Shown here: positions 1 through 12,280 of the stretch, piece by piece | Layout of the letters: the number at the start of each line of letters is the position of its first letter | Position numbering within the stretch: position 1 is the stretch's first letter | NCBI RefSeq assembly: GCF_006345805.1 | Contig: NC_042998.1 | Coordinates: 196,850,001 to 196,914,000, forward strand | Source: Octopus sinensis | Lineage: Eukaryota | DNA: 64,000 nucleotides | Reading direction: 5' to 3' | Notes under the pieces: generated by a model | Database searches by the model: none | Seen by the model: the letters and a program-made list of their open reading frames with translations, nothing else | What the model was told of the DNA's origin: nothing | Translations under genes and position numbers: made by a program

Positions 1-528
1 ATTATGATGCAATGGCCTGAACAATCCGGAACAGAATAAGAGGACGGAAATGACCAACAGACAATGTTCGTTATATTGAGACTCCAAAGAATATTAGTGG
101 AACTTAGAAATTAAAACAACGTCCAAGCGAAAACACAACTGGCCTGATATTGACCATAAGAAAAGATATGCTTTGTTGAGAAAATTAGCTCCTGGACACC
201 AGTGTGGTTAGAAAAATAGAAGAGAAAGAAACGTCTGTGGACCATTAATACAGAGTTTGCAAATCTAGTATCTTGGAGACACTTAGTTTTGTATCTGTTA
301 TTATTGCAGCAACAGGATACGTACCAACTCGCTTGGTGCAACGTATGGCTGAACTTCGGCTCTAGGGGCAAATAGTACAACTCCTTAATTCATATGCAAC
401 AAATAATCACGATATCCGGGGCAATAAGAATTTGCAAGAACTTTTGGAGATTTAATGGGTGATTTACAAAACAGAAGGCTTTCCTTCCCGACATTGGTAT
501 CAAGCAAGCAGTCGGTCAAAATTAACTC
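1..528 (+). mobile_element. Decayed 3' end of a restriction-like-endonuclease non-LTR retrotransposon (R4/Dong/NeSL type)
   Basis: Broken frames read WNLEIKTTSKRKHNWPDI...DTSVVRKIEEKE...FVSVIIAATGYVP, typical of the PD-(D/E)xK RLE domain; many stops and frameshifts. Confidence 0.6.
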
Positions 529-559
529 TAAATTATAGTGAATAAAAGTATGCATGCAT

Positions 560-1150
560 GCATGATGGCTGCCCCCTCGTTATCGAGTATGGCCATTGCA
601 CAAAGCTTAACTGTTACTGGTGCTGTGATCGAATGTGACTTTTTAGCCCGGCTAAAGATCTACAATATCTTGTACAGAATTGGCAGCTAAAACCTTTACC
701 GGCAATAGCCGGCTGTAGTTGTAACTGGGCTTCATGTACCTTCGCATGTCGTTTAAGTCCTCGCTGCCGAATTACACTCTCTTCCACATGCCTGACAGAT
801 ATGATTAGTATGATGTGTAACACCACCACCAGTGGCCAGGTTGTCACTCATCTGTCTCGCTTTATGACTACGAAGATGACTCTTGAGTCCAGCTTTACTG
901 AGGCAGGGTCTTGCACAGACACTGCATGTCAGCATCATAGGAAGACCCTTCCCATTTGGAAGTGTAACAGCGATGCCCTTCCTAACATCCCTCCTTACTC
1001 TCTCATGCGCAACTCGACATTTCTCAAAAGTAGCTGTCCCCTCGTGCACAATCCTTCTCCACCCGCTACGATCAATAGCCATGCCCTCCCATGTGTCAGG
1101 AGAGATGCCAGCATCTCTTAAGGAAGCCTTCAGCAAGTTGTTATACCTCT
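560..1150 (-). mobile_element. 5'-truncated RTE-clade LINE with three C-terminal C2H2 fingers and a 31-bp TSD
   Basis: LKASLRDAGISPDTWEGMAIDRSGWRRIVHEG is an RTE C-terminus; direct repeat taaattatagtgaataaaagtatgcatgcat at 529-559 and 1151-1181. Confidence 0.85.
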
Positions 1151-1180
1151 TAAATTATAGTGAATAAAAGTATGCATGCA

Positions 1181-1245
1181 TACATACATACATACATACA
1201 TACATACATACATACATACATACATACATACATACATACATACAT
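1181..1245. repeat. (CATA)n microsatellite
   Basis: Directly visible. Confidence 0.95.
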
Positions 1246-1389
1246 AAATTGTATATATAACTGAGTAAATAGAAAACAGCCTATCTTGCGGTCTTATAAT
1301 TAACAGCCTTATAATTAACGCAGATACTGTTCTAGTTTGATCATTTTTATTAAGGATTTTTCATATTTCCTTATTAACACTTTATTTTT

Positions 1390-1750
1390 TTTTCTAGTTA
1401 CAGCTCAGAGCTGCGGCCATGCTGATGCACCGCCGTTTTGTGCTACACTGTTATTGCGACGAACCTCCTCTAATATGTGGCACTTGGTGAAGAATGGAGT
1501 TTGATACAGCTACTCTCATTTGCACCTCTTGCCGTGAGATAGGTTCATCTGGGACTCTCGACAGGAAGAGGTCCAGCTTTGATTTAAAAACCTCTACATC
1601 TACTTTGTGCAAGTTCCTCAGACTCTTTGGGAGAATATTAAAAAGCCGTGACCCTTGAAACCCAGGCTGTTGCAGTAACTGGTCCTGGAGCGTGATGGCA
1701 TCGCTGGGATCTTTGGCACTATGCAGTGTTGTCCCGTTCTTTATGTGTAG
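1390..1750 (-). mobile_element. CR1/L2-group LINE 3' end
   Basis: Minus frame NSLGFKGSRLFNILPKSLRNLHKVDVEVFKSKLDLFLSRVPDEP, then a hairpin tail. Confidence 0.7.
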
Positions 1751-2535
1751 TTTGAAATAATAGTGTTCCTATTAGCACATTAACATTCACATCATCAGAA
1801 TAACAAGAGGGTAATAATGACACGTTCGTGCGCTTTGCAGTGGGACACAAATGATCATAGGAATACTATTGTAAGTGATACTAAAATTATCAACGCCCGA
1901 TACTAAAGATTATACAACGGTAAATTCGGTAGATGTCATTATTCATTTGACACGCAATATATCTTTGTGTTAGCTTTTAGTTTGAATTTTGCGTTTTGTA
2001 AAGATGCCATAGTAATTCTCATTTTTTTGGTTATATTTTGTGTATTTTTATATAAAATTTCAGTTCTATTATTTCTATGCAATTTTATTTCATGTCCTGT
2101 ATGATAATGAGGTTGTAATGGCTCCTTGCTGTAAATGCACAGTCAACCAACGAATGTCCGATATAACAGATTGAGTCGTAAATTTTACAATTTACATGTT
2201 TAGACTGAAATCTGTATAATACACTGTGAGAAAATACATTTTGTTGTCTCCTACATAGTAGCTTCGTGTTGACGAGGAGATTTTTTCCCTTCTCGTGTTA
2301 CTATAATATATTCTAATTATGAACTTGTGATAATATGTGATACATGTATTCTGTTTTATGAGGGGTTTTTTTAATGACACTGTCGTCCATTTTACAACCT
2401 GAGTGAATCCGTCTCTTGTGATATACAATATCTGTGGGTTTTTTTGTATTTTTAGTGAATACAGTATATGTTGTGCCAACGTGGTTGAATTTGTCTTTCT
2501 GTTGTTTATAGCCAAGTGTACTAATCTATTAAGGT

Positions 2536-2882
2536 GGGTGGAGGCGCAATGGCCCAGTGGTTAGGGCAGCGGACTCGCGGTCGTAGGATCGCGGTTTCGA
2601 TTCCCAGACCGGGCGTTGTGAGTGTTTATTGAGCGAAAACACCTAAAAGCTCCACGAGGTTCCGGCAGGGAATGGTGGTGATCACTGCTGTACTCTTTCA
2701 TCACAACTTTCTCTCACTCACTCTTACTTCTTGTTTCCGTTGTACCTCTCTGTGTCACGCTGAATATCCCCGAGAACTACGTTAAGGGTGCACGTGTCTG
2801 TGGAGTGCTCACGAGCAGGCTGTTCCGTTGGTTCGGATCAACCGGAACCCTCATCGTCGTAACCGACGGAGTGCTTCTCTCT
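2536..2882 (+). mobile_element. tRNA-derived SINE (family C) with 14-bp TSD
   Basis: A/B-box head tggcccagtggtta...gtttcgattccc; TSD taatctattaaggt at 2522-2535 and 2883-2896. Confidence 0.9.
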
Positions 2883-3150
2883 TAATCTATTAAGGTACTC
2901 GTTATTAATGATTGTTTGCCGCGTAGGATTTCCTTCTTTAAAGTTTTTTCAGTGAATGAAAATTCGAATGCTCGTCTAATAACATATTTTCATTACAGAT
3001 ATTTGGATTTATGAGAACATTCACTATCACCGTGCAATTTATAAGCTTTTTGTGTGTTCTTTGTATGAGCTAAAGTGCTATATGTATTATTTCAACATTT
3101 ATGGTGGTAGTGTTGACTAAATGTATAATTGAGCTATGTTGGATCATAAA

Positions 3151-3549
3151 TCTCTCTATATATAAAGCTGAAGTTGTCTGTGTATGGCAGGTTTGGTAGC
3201 CTTCAACTAACACTATCTCCTCCGAGACCCTGCTGCACAAGTTGACCAAAATTGAGAGTATGATAGAAGAAGGCTTGCTCTTCCTTCCGTAGAAGATAAA
3301 ATTCAAATCGGACCATGTTAACAGCAAAAATTATTTACATCAAAAAGGTGCTTTTTTCCCCTATGAAAATCCCTATTTTTAACGATTTTTTGACTGCTGT
3401 GTCGCCATTTTTCGGTGTATTTCAACCAGAAAACGTTCACTTAAAGAGAATAACAAGCTACGTAATGCAACATTGTTACTTTTCAAAAATTCCAATTCTA
3501 AAAGGTCGACAAGAAAACAAGCCCGAGCAACGCTGGGCGATACTGCTAG
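3151..3549 (+). mobile_element. Non-autonomous Helitron
   Basis: A|TC...CTAG|T termini; subterminal hairpin cccgagcaacgctggg; same family as 8992-9383. Confidence 0.8.
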
Positions 3550-4268
3550 TGTAAGGATAGCGTTATTTTCAAGAACTTCAGTTTTATCAGATTGTTTGTC
3601 GTCATCTGTCACATTGAATACGCCAAATGCCATAAAGGTAGAAAACGCAGTTATGCCTGGAAGTGACATATTTTCCACGTTAGCCACGTGGAATGCCGCG
3701 AATGTGGGCTCGAGCAGTGGGTCCCATGAATCACCTCGGGGTGTATATATTATCTCATGGACAGGAAAATCAGCTGTACAAGCCAAATGATTGTATATGT
3801 ACGTGTGCGTATGGTTTTCGGCCGATTGTGTGTGCGTGCAGGCACAATTCTTCCCAATTATGAAGTGCTTCTGCGTATAAATTTAGACAAGTGTCTTCTT
3901 CTAAAGCTTCGGGTGGCTCAAAGTTAGAAATTTTTTTTAGGTGAAAGTGGGAATTGACTGGAAGCCCTTCAATGGATTCTACTTCCAATTTAAAGGTTCG
4001 CTGGTTCTAACTCAGGATTACATTAACAGTACGTGTATCGATGGAATACTCAACTAAAATCAGTCCCAATACTTATGCCGAACAATTAAATTACGGAGAC
4101 GTAAACAAACCAACACTGGTTGTCAAGCGGTGGCCGGGGGTGGGGGCGGGGCGGAGGACAAACACAAAGACATATATTCGTACAATCACACACATACACA
4201 TATATGTGTGTGCATGTGTGTGTGTGTGTACAACGGGCTTGCACACACTTTTCACCTACCAAACTTAC

Positions 4269-4499
4269 TATTTCTTTACTACCCACAAGGGGCTAAACAC
4301 AGAGGGGACAAACAAGGACAGACAAACGGATTAAATCGATTACATTGACCCCAGTGCGTAACTGGTACTTAATTTATCGACCCCGAAAGGATGAAAGGCA
4401 AAGTCGACCTCGGCGGAATTTGAACTCAGAACGTAACGGTAGACGAAATACCACAAAGCATTTCGCCCGGCGTGCTAACGTTTCTGCCAGCTCGCCGCC
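4269..4499 (-). mobile_element. SINE family A (ggcggcgagctggcagaa head). Other copies: ~6942-7119 -, 9546-9772 +, 11025-11258 -, 14215-14443 -, 20042-20240 +, 23279-23508 -, 31595-31945 +, 35143-35372 +, 36865-37088 -, 50020-50210 -, 56146-56408 -, 62562-62770 +
   Basis: Near-identical ~230-bp dispersed repeat with core gtcgactttgcctttcatcctttcggggtcgataaa. Confidence 0.9.
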
Positions 4500-4674
4500 T
4501 ATACCAAACTTACTTACAAGGCATTGGTCGGTTCAGGGCTGTAGTATAAGACGCTTCTCGAAGGTGCTGCCCCGTGGGACAGGACCCGAAATCACGTGAT
4601 TGCAAAACGAACTTCTTAACCACATTGCTATGCCTGCCTCCTCTCTCTCCGTCTGTGTGTGTGTGTGTGTGTGT

Positions 4675-4737
<63 letters not shown>

Positions 4738-4912
4738 AAGGATTGAATATGCGACTGGCATATTTCACACCTTTCCTGGGAAGAGTCCTTACTGGAAAGA
4801 GGCCAAAACAAAACAACCCCTGTGTACATTGCCCAACAGCCTGATCAGATGAAAATATACGTCTGCGCTCCTATGTGGCGTATAAAATCGCATGTAGCAA
4901 ATGTAAGGAATT

Positions 4913-5332
4913 CTGTCATTTATGGCAGACACCCATAAAATTATTAACCATCTTACAAACAACAACTCTGAGCACCTTTTCAAACTCCACCTGTCTAACA
5001 ACACCCGTGGACATATTTACAAAGTCAGAAAACAGCACAGCTCCCATGACTTTAAGAAACATTTTTTCACGCTAAGAGTTGCTGAAGCATGGAACAGACT
5101 GCCGGCATCAGTTGTTAGTTGTCGGAGCACTGCATCCTTCAAAACTTCCATGCTTCCTGAGATTCGCCAACACTACACCTGATTTCTCCCCTCCATACTC
5201 ACAAGCAAGCATGTATCTGACTCATACACTGTTCGCTTTCCAGACATTTGTGCATTACTGCATATACTTTATATGCACTTTTGACAAGTTGTGGTGCACC
5301 TGAGCACTGTATACAATCATTTCATTATTATT
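4913..5332 (+). mobile_element. CR1-type LINE 3' fragment
   Basis: RGHIYKVRKQHSSHDFKKHFFTLRVAEAWNRLPASVV, the CR1 ORF2 C-terminus, plus 3'UTR and (ATT)n tail. Confidence 0.85.
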
Positions 5333-5339
5333 TTTACAC

Positions 5340-5560
5340 CAGAAGACTCATCGGACAAGTTTACATAGGAATGAAAGAACAACCTCTATGCTAATGTTTA
5401 TTCTGTCCAAAAACACCTACAGAAAATTTCTACAATCAAAACACCCAAGTTTCCATTGATGTTACTGCAAGAAACATTAGGAACTTTAGAATTAAAACGG
5501 TTACTTTTAATTAGCAATTACATCCCGCAACTTCATAATAGAATCTGAACTGAACGAAGC
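5340..5560 (+). mobile_element. Possible Penelope GIY-YIG 3' remnant
   Basis: Broken frames QVYIG...SVQKHLQK...LELKRLLLISNYIPQLH; weak similarity only. Confidence 0.3.
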
Positions 5561-8500
5561 TAATTGGATAGTATGGCAACGCAGAACAATCCTTCACCTG
5601 CGCGCACGCACGCGTGTGTGTATAATCTCTTCTGAAGCAAAACATTTGTGGCTGTCCCTCTTATCAGCTTCTCAATACCTGGCATAAAGCCATCTTCACC
5701 CCCCTCTACTACAACCCCACTTGAGAGGGCGCCTTCTTTATCTGAGTCTTGTAAGTTACTTGGCAACCTTACTAGTGCCAATGTCAAGGAAAGTGGCAAT
5801 CAATACAACTCTGTAATGTGGTTGGCATTAGGAAAGGCATCCAACCCCTAGAAACCATGTTAAAACAGGCATTGCAACAGCTCGACGTAATAATCCGCTT
5901 CATTGAATTCCACAAAGCAGTCCGAGTCATTGTAGCATAGAAGACGGGCGTTAAATGAAAATATAGTCTCGTTTAAGAGACGTATAAATGTGTGTGTGTG
6001 TGGCTCTAGGCTTCACTGTGTGGTAAAATGTTTGCTTCCCAACCACCGCTTGACAACCGGTACGCGTGTGTTTATGTCCCTGTTAATTAGCACTTTGGCA
6101 TAAGACATCGATAGTATAAGTACTATGCTTAAAAAATAAAAAAAATATTCGACTAAAAATTCTTGAAGGTGGTGCTCCAGCATGGCCGCAGTCTAATGAC
6201 CGAAACGAGTAAATGATAATGTATATATATATACTCTTTACTCTTTTACTTGTTCCAGTCATTTGACTGCGGCCATGCTGTAGCACCGCCTTTTAGTCGA
6301 GCAAATCGACCCCAGGGCTTATTCTTTGGAAGCCTAGTACTTTTTCTATCGGTCACTTTTGCCGAACCGCTAAGTTACGGGGACATAAACACACCACCAT
6401 CGGTTGTCAAGCGATGTTGGAGACGGACACACACACACACATATACATATATACAACGAGCTTCTTTCAGTTTCCGTCTACCAAATCCACTCACAAGGCT
6501 TTGGTCAGCCTGAGGCTATAGTAGAAGACACTTGCTCAAAGTGCCACTCGGTGGGAATGAACCCGGAACCATGTGGCTGTGTGGTTAAGGAGCTCTGTTT
6601 GCGACTACGCGGTTTCGGGTTCAGTGTCAATGCGCAGCACATATGGTAAATATCTTCTACCTTAGCCCCAAGCCGATTGATTCCTTGTGAGTGAATTTGG
6701 GTGACGGAAACTCCGTGGAAGCCCGTAGTATGTGTATTCGTCTCCCTTGACCACCAGTGCTGGTTTGTTTATGTCTCCGTAACCTAGCAATTCGTCAAAA
6801 GATACCAATAAAAATAAGTACTAGACTTAGTAAAATAAGTAGTGGAGGGGTGGGGCGATTTGTTCTACTAAAAACCTTCAGTGCAGTGCCCCAGCATGGC
6901 TGCAGTCCAGTGACTGCAAGAAGAGAATGTATATATATATATATTTCTTTACTATCCACAAGGGGCTAAACACAGAGGGGAAAAACAAGGACAGACAGAG
7001 GGATTAAGTCGATTACATCGATCTCAGTGCGAAACTGGTACTTATTTAATCGACCCCGAAAGGATGAAAGGCAAAGTCGACCTCGGCGGAATTTGAACTC
7101 AGAACGTAACGACAGACGAAGAAGGTGTATATATATGCTGTGTACTCGCGCACGCGTCTGCTTAATTTCCCCTTTCAAATTACTCAGAAGACACCACACA
7201 CAGAAATTAAAAGAAAGAGTGAAAGAAAATAACTTCAATTCAATGTTATATATATATATAATATAAGATGGCGATAATTTTCGTTGATACAAGTTTTATA
7301 TATAATTCCAGCAGCAAGCCAATTTGTTTCGTCTATTTATTTCAAAACTGTTCATTTTCAACTGTGTCTCTCGTTCTTTTAAACCTCTCCTTTTCTCTAT
7401 ATATAAATCTCTCTCTATTTGTAGGATACGTTGATGATTACACTTCGATAATGACAAACTATTTAACTTGCACCATTCTACTATATATACTGTCCAATCT
7501 CCTACTTAATTCACATGTATCCAGCAACGACTGTCTCTTTAACCGCAATCATTATATTAAATTACTTTACATTTCAAATGTTTTTCTATTAGCGAGGCTT
7601 TATCGTTCCATCAAAATCAACTTCAATCCAACTTTAATCGCCATTTAACTAAATGTTTCTAGTCAATTCTCGAACTTTCTTTTATCTTTTAGTCCTTTGA
7701 TGTTTCAAATTTGAATTTCAAACGAACATAAATAGCAGCCATTTTGCCTTCTTCCCTTCTGTCTTATTTTTCTTTTTGTCTTTCTTTCATTCTTACGTAT
7801 TCTCTCTTTAAAACGCTTTCTCTTCTTCATTTCTCTTCTCTTTCTTCCTCTCTTGCACTCTTTCCAATATGATGTTTGCTTTTATGCCGTTTCTCTTAGC
7901 GTTTCTCTCTTTTGCTTCCTATTTTTTTCTTTTTTTTTTTTTTCTTTTCATGTCGTTTCTTCTTTCTGAAAACTATTTGTCTTTGATGTGGGTTTTGGCA
8001 ATGTTGCAAAGTTATTAGAGAAGGTGTGTCCTTAAAGTGGAAAATTAATTGGGCGGTTCTCCCTCCCTCCCTCTGTCTGTCTGTCTCTCTCTCTCTCTCT
8101 GTCTCTCTCTCTCTCTCACAAAACGCACACATGCACACACACACACACACGCACACACACCTCCTCTTCGACATGTAAAAATGCAATGGTATGTTGCATA
8201 TTGAAAGTTGTCAATCATTTTTTTCTTTCTTTACATAAATTATTGAGGATGAAGAAAGGGGCAACACTTGAGGGCCTTTTCCATCTTCTCCGACACTAAG
8301 TCATATTGATTGCGGCTGATACACACAGCCTAAAATATCTCGGGTCTGAAAAAGAAAATGTGGGTGCAACACTTTGTAAGACAAAGGGACAGATTGTCTG
8401 GGCAGAAATGTCTGCAACAGATAGGGCCGGATGTCTGGGCAGAATACTTCTAACAAACTAGAGTAGGATACTGGAGTAGACGAAGTCAGCGTTGATTGAG

Positions 8501-8568
8501 CAGATCTTTGATCAGCCGCTATCGAGACCATCCTGTCTTGTTTTCATACATATATATCAAGAACGACA

Positions 8569-8963
8569 TCTTTATATATAAAAGTCAAGTTGTGTGTCTG
8601 TCTCCTACGAGTTAGATTCCTAACTACTCCCACATTTTGCGGTGCAGTTTAACCAAATTCGGATATCTTATAGTCGTGATTCATATCGAGCCCCTCTGGG
8701 TATTAGCACGCATCTACAATGAGTCTACGATTAAAAAAAAAAATTACCATCATTTTTTCCATTTTAATGCATTTTTCGCTATTATATAAGGGAAGTAACT
8801 CTCTAAAAATGTCTACGATGAGTCAACGATTTAAAAAAAATTTAGCATCATTTTTTCCCCATTTTTGATGCATTTTTTTGCTATTTTTTGGCTATAACTC
8901 TCTAAAAAGGCTTATATAGTTATTTCCCTTACAAACTCGAGCAACGCCGGGCGATACTGCTAG
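8569..8963 (+). mobile_element. Non-autonomous Helitron (second subfamily)
   Basis: A|TCTTTATATATAAAAG...gagcaacgccgggcgatactgCTAG|T. Confidence 0.8.
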
Positions 8964-8991
8964 TTATATCTAAAAGTGAATTTTTCAAAGA

Positions 8992-9383
8992 CTAGCAGTA
9001 TCGCCCGGCGTTGCTCGGTTTTGTTTCGACCCTTTAAAATTGGAATGTTTGAAAAGTAAACATTTTGCATTATGTAGCTTGTTATTCTCTTTAAGTGAAC
9101 ATTTTTCTGGTTGAAATACACCGAAAAATGGCGACACAGCAGTAAAAAAATCGTAAAAAATAGGGATTTTCATAGAAAAAAAAAAGCACCTTTTTGATGT
9201 AAATAATTTTTGCTGTTAACATGGTCCGGTTTGAATTTTATCTTCTACGGAAGGAAGAGCAAGCCTTCTATCATACTCTCAATTTTGGTCAACTTGTGCC
9301 GCAGGGTCTCGGAGGAGATAGTGTTAGTTGAAGGCTACCTAACCTGCCATACACAGACAACTTCAGTTTTATATATAGAGAGA
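8992..9383 (-). mobile_element. Non-autonomous Helitron, tail-to-tail with 8569-8963
   Basis: Reverse-complement copy of 3151-3549 with A|TC and CTAG|T termini. Confidence 0.82.
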
Positions 9384-9774
9384 TTAATAGTAAGGTGGAA
9401 TATGAGGAAGATTTGGCATTTGTTTTTAGCGGTTCGACGTGCGGGTGTTAAACTGTATGTTTGAGACAATGGACAGAAGTCAAAGTGGACGGTGTGTAAA
9501 CCTGAGAAATGCTGGTGGACATAAGGTGTGTGTGTGTGGGTGGGGGGTGAGCTGGCAGAAACGTTAGCACGCCGGGCGAAATGGTTCGCGGTATTTCGTC
9601 TGCCGTTACGTTCCGAGTTCAAATTCCGCCGAGGTCGACTTTGCCTTTCATCCTTTCGGGGTCGATAAATAAAGTACCAGTTACGCACTGGGATCGATAT
9701 AATCGACTTAATCCGTTTGTCTGTCCTTGTTCGTCCCCTCTGTGTTTGGCCCCTTATGAGTTGTAAAGAAATAG

Positions 9775-9835
<61 letters not shown>

Positions 9836-9896
9836 GTTCACCCACCACCAACTGGTAAGTGCTGCTGACCAAATTACTTTGACCTCTTTATTACAG

Positions 9897-10033
9897 AACC
9901 CCCTACAGAAGCGAGTTACAGCAATCTACCCACGGTATCATTAGCTGATAAACTGAGATTGGCTGCAAGTAAGGGTCAACTAGATACAGTTGAAGAGTTG
10001 CTTCGAGCAGGGGCCAGTTTTGAAACTGACAAA
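9897..10033 (+). CDS. ANKRD6: ANKRD6/Diversin-like, first recognised coding exon (ankyrin repeat 1); upstream start exon not found
   Basis: ttacag acceptor and gtgagt donor; encodes PPTEASYSNLPTVSLADKLRLAASKGQLDTVEELLRAGASFETDK, resembling the ANKRD6 N-terminus (LSERLLVAAYKGQ); needs a phase-1 upstream exon. Confidence 0.8.
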
Positions 10034-11464
10034 GTGAGTATCTACTTTAGATTTGTTTTCCTTCCATTCACTGTTTTTTTTTATCATTTCCAAGGTCCCT
10101 ATTATTTATTATAGGATTTTTTTTTGTTTTAAACCCTAGCTATCAGTCCTATCAAGTTAGCAAATTTTAGGTAATTTTAGCTAATCGAAAGTCACAGACA
10201 TATTGGTGTCCATAGTAACAAACCAAGGTATCGTCTGCTTGAGTCACAGAACAGCTTTTGATTACAACAGCTATGTTGGTGAAATATGTGAGGAGTACCT
10301 GTTCTCCAACCCTTCTAGAATTTTTATGGAACAAATGAATAACAAAATCAGATTCAGCATGAAAAATTACATAAATACACCAAATTTGAAAATTTTCACT
10401 TAATTTTAAAATTTCGAAAACTGTGAGTGAAACAGAAAAGATCCCAACATTCCCCTGAACAGGGCGCCAGTCCATTGCAGGGGCCAAAACCAGCAATTTT
10501 AAAGAAAGGGTACAAAAGTCAATTATATTGACCCAGTACTTGACTGGTACTCTATTTTATCAATCCCTGAAGGGATGAAAAGCAAAGTGGAACCTGTAAA
10601 GAGCTAGGAGAAATGATGCTAAGCATTGTGTCCAACATGCTTAGCTAAGCATTGTGTCCAACATCCTTCCAGCTTGCTTCTTTGCTATTTTCATGAGGAG
10701 GCATTTATTTTCTGAGGGTCAATTAAATTTGAATCAATTTCTTGTCTATGTGTATTGGCTTACCCCAGAGTATGGCTGCTTTGTCCATTCTTTGAGGCCT
10801 TTTCTCGTGTTTGTTTATTCCACCTATTTTCTCTTGGCATTTCGCAAACCTTGCATAACTTCCAGAGTATGCAAGTCACAACTCTATCATGCCTGTATTA
10901 TTTTCCCGTTTTGGGATGTTGGAAACAATATGACTAATCATTTGTATTCTCGATCATTATATATTTTGGATGCCTTCTGATGGGCAGGCTTTGATCCTGT
11001 CCTGAAATCAAGATTCCTTATACCTATTTCTTTATTACCCACAAGGGTCTCAAACAGAGAGCGGACAAACAAGGACAGACATAGGTATTAAGTTGATTAC
11101 ATCAACCCGCAGTGCGTAACTGGTACTTAATTTATTGACCCCCGAAAGGATGAAAGGCAAAGTCGACCTCGGCGGAATTTGAACTCACAACGTAACGCAG
11201 ACGAAATACCGCTAAGCATTTCGCCCGGCCTGCTAATGATTCTGCCAACTCACCGCCTAAGATTCCTTATACCACCATTCCTCCATCTGTCTCTTCCTCT
11301 CCTCTCCTGCCTTCTCATTTCCTTACTGTATCAGTATGTATGTTTAACTGTCTATCCATTCCATTTCTCTATCTCTCTCTCTTTCTCTCTCTCCCTCCCT
11401 CCCTCCCGCCCTCTTTCTTCCTTTCTCTCCCTCTCCATCACCACGTGTTCCATGATATTTACAG

Positions 11465-11563
11465 GACAGAAGGACAGCCCTCCACTATGCTGCTCTCAAT
11501 GGTTACCCAGATGTTTGTCGGTGCCTCATTTCCCATGGAAGTGATATCGACAAACAAGATGCT
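11465..11563 (+). CDS. ANKRD6: ANKRD6-like ankyrin exon
   Basis: 99 nt, phase 0, ag/gt; DRRTALHYAALNGYPDVCRCLISHGSDIDKQDA. Confidence 0.9.
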
Positions 11564-11825
11564 GTAAGTTGTTTTTTTTTATTTTACCTGTCTTTGATTA
11601 CTTCTACTATTTTCCACTCAGGTGTTTCACTAACTTGACTAATGGCCTGTCAGATGTGTCAGTTTGCTTTCTCGATGAACCTGAAATGTCAACGAGATGA
11701 GAGAAATATCAGAAGTAGGGGCCGACAGCTGATATACGTGGGAGAAATCAATGGTGTTCTTGTTTAGTCTTTGGTCGGCTTTCATCCTACTGACCTACTA
11801 TCAAAAATGTTTATCATCATCATCA

Positions 11826-11875
<50 letters not shown>

Positions 11876-12040
11876 GTCATCGTCATCATCATCATCATTT
11901 AATGCCCGTTGTCCATGCTAGCATGGGTTGGGCAGTTTGACCAAAGCTGGGGAGCTGCACTAGACTCCAGTCTGTTGTGACATGGTTTCTACAGCTGGAT
12001 GCCCTTCCCGATGCCAACCACTTCACAGAGTGTGTTGGGT

Positions 12041-12280
12041 GCTTTTACATGGCACTGCACAGGTGCTTTTACATGGAACCACATGGACACTTCTATGTGG
12101 CACCACATGGGCGCTTTTACATGGCACTGCACAGGCGCTTTTACATGGAACCACATGGCCACTTCTATGTGGCACCACATGGGCGCTTGTACATGGCACT
12201 GCACAGGTGCTTTTACATGGAACCACATGGCCATTTCTATGTGGCACCACATGGGAGCTTTTACATGGCACCACATAAGA
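12041..12280. repeat. 24-bp minisatellite, 10 copies, arranged as a 72-bp higher-order repeat
   Basis: Three monomer variants recur in order A-B-C; expands from a SINE-E internal motif. Confidence 0.9.

Larger units (their letters stand above)
1790..3990 (-). mobile_element. Decayed Penelope-like element (RT and GIY-YIG remnants) interrupted by a SINE and a Helitron
   Basis: Remnant motifs LEVESI..PVN, MGP/LEPTFA, ENNAILT (RT) and NSTTLAQHI...NTRREKISS (GIY-YIG C-terminus); heavily degenerate. Confidence 0.5.

Noticed and set aside
1792-1875. Hammerhead at the end of the first Penelope remnant
   Set aside because: Only broken cores (CTATGA...GAAC; a separate CTGATGA with no partner GAAA); too degenerate to call
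2536-2610. tRNA genes (also at 13670, 18820, 25318 and 30350)
   Set aside because: These are tRNA-like heads of SINEs: each continues into a SINE body and lacks a complete cloverleaf
7268-7648. 126-aa hydrophobic ORF
   Set aside because: Low-complexity AT/CT-rich sequence with no recognisable domain or splice support
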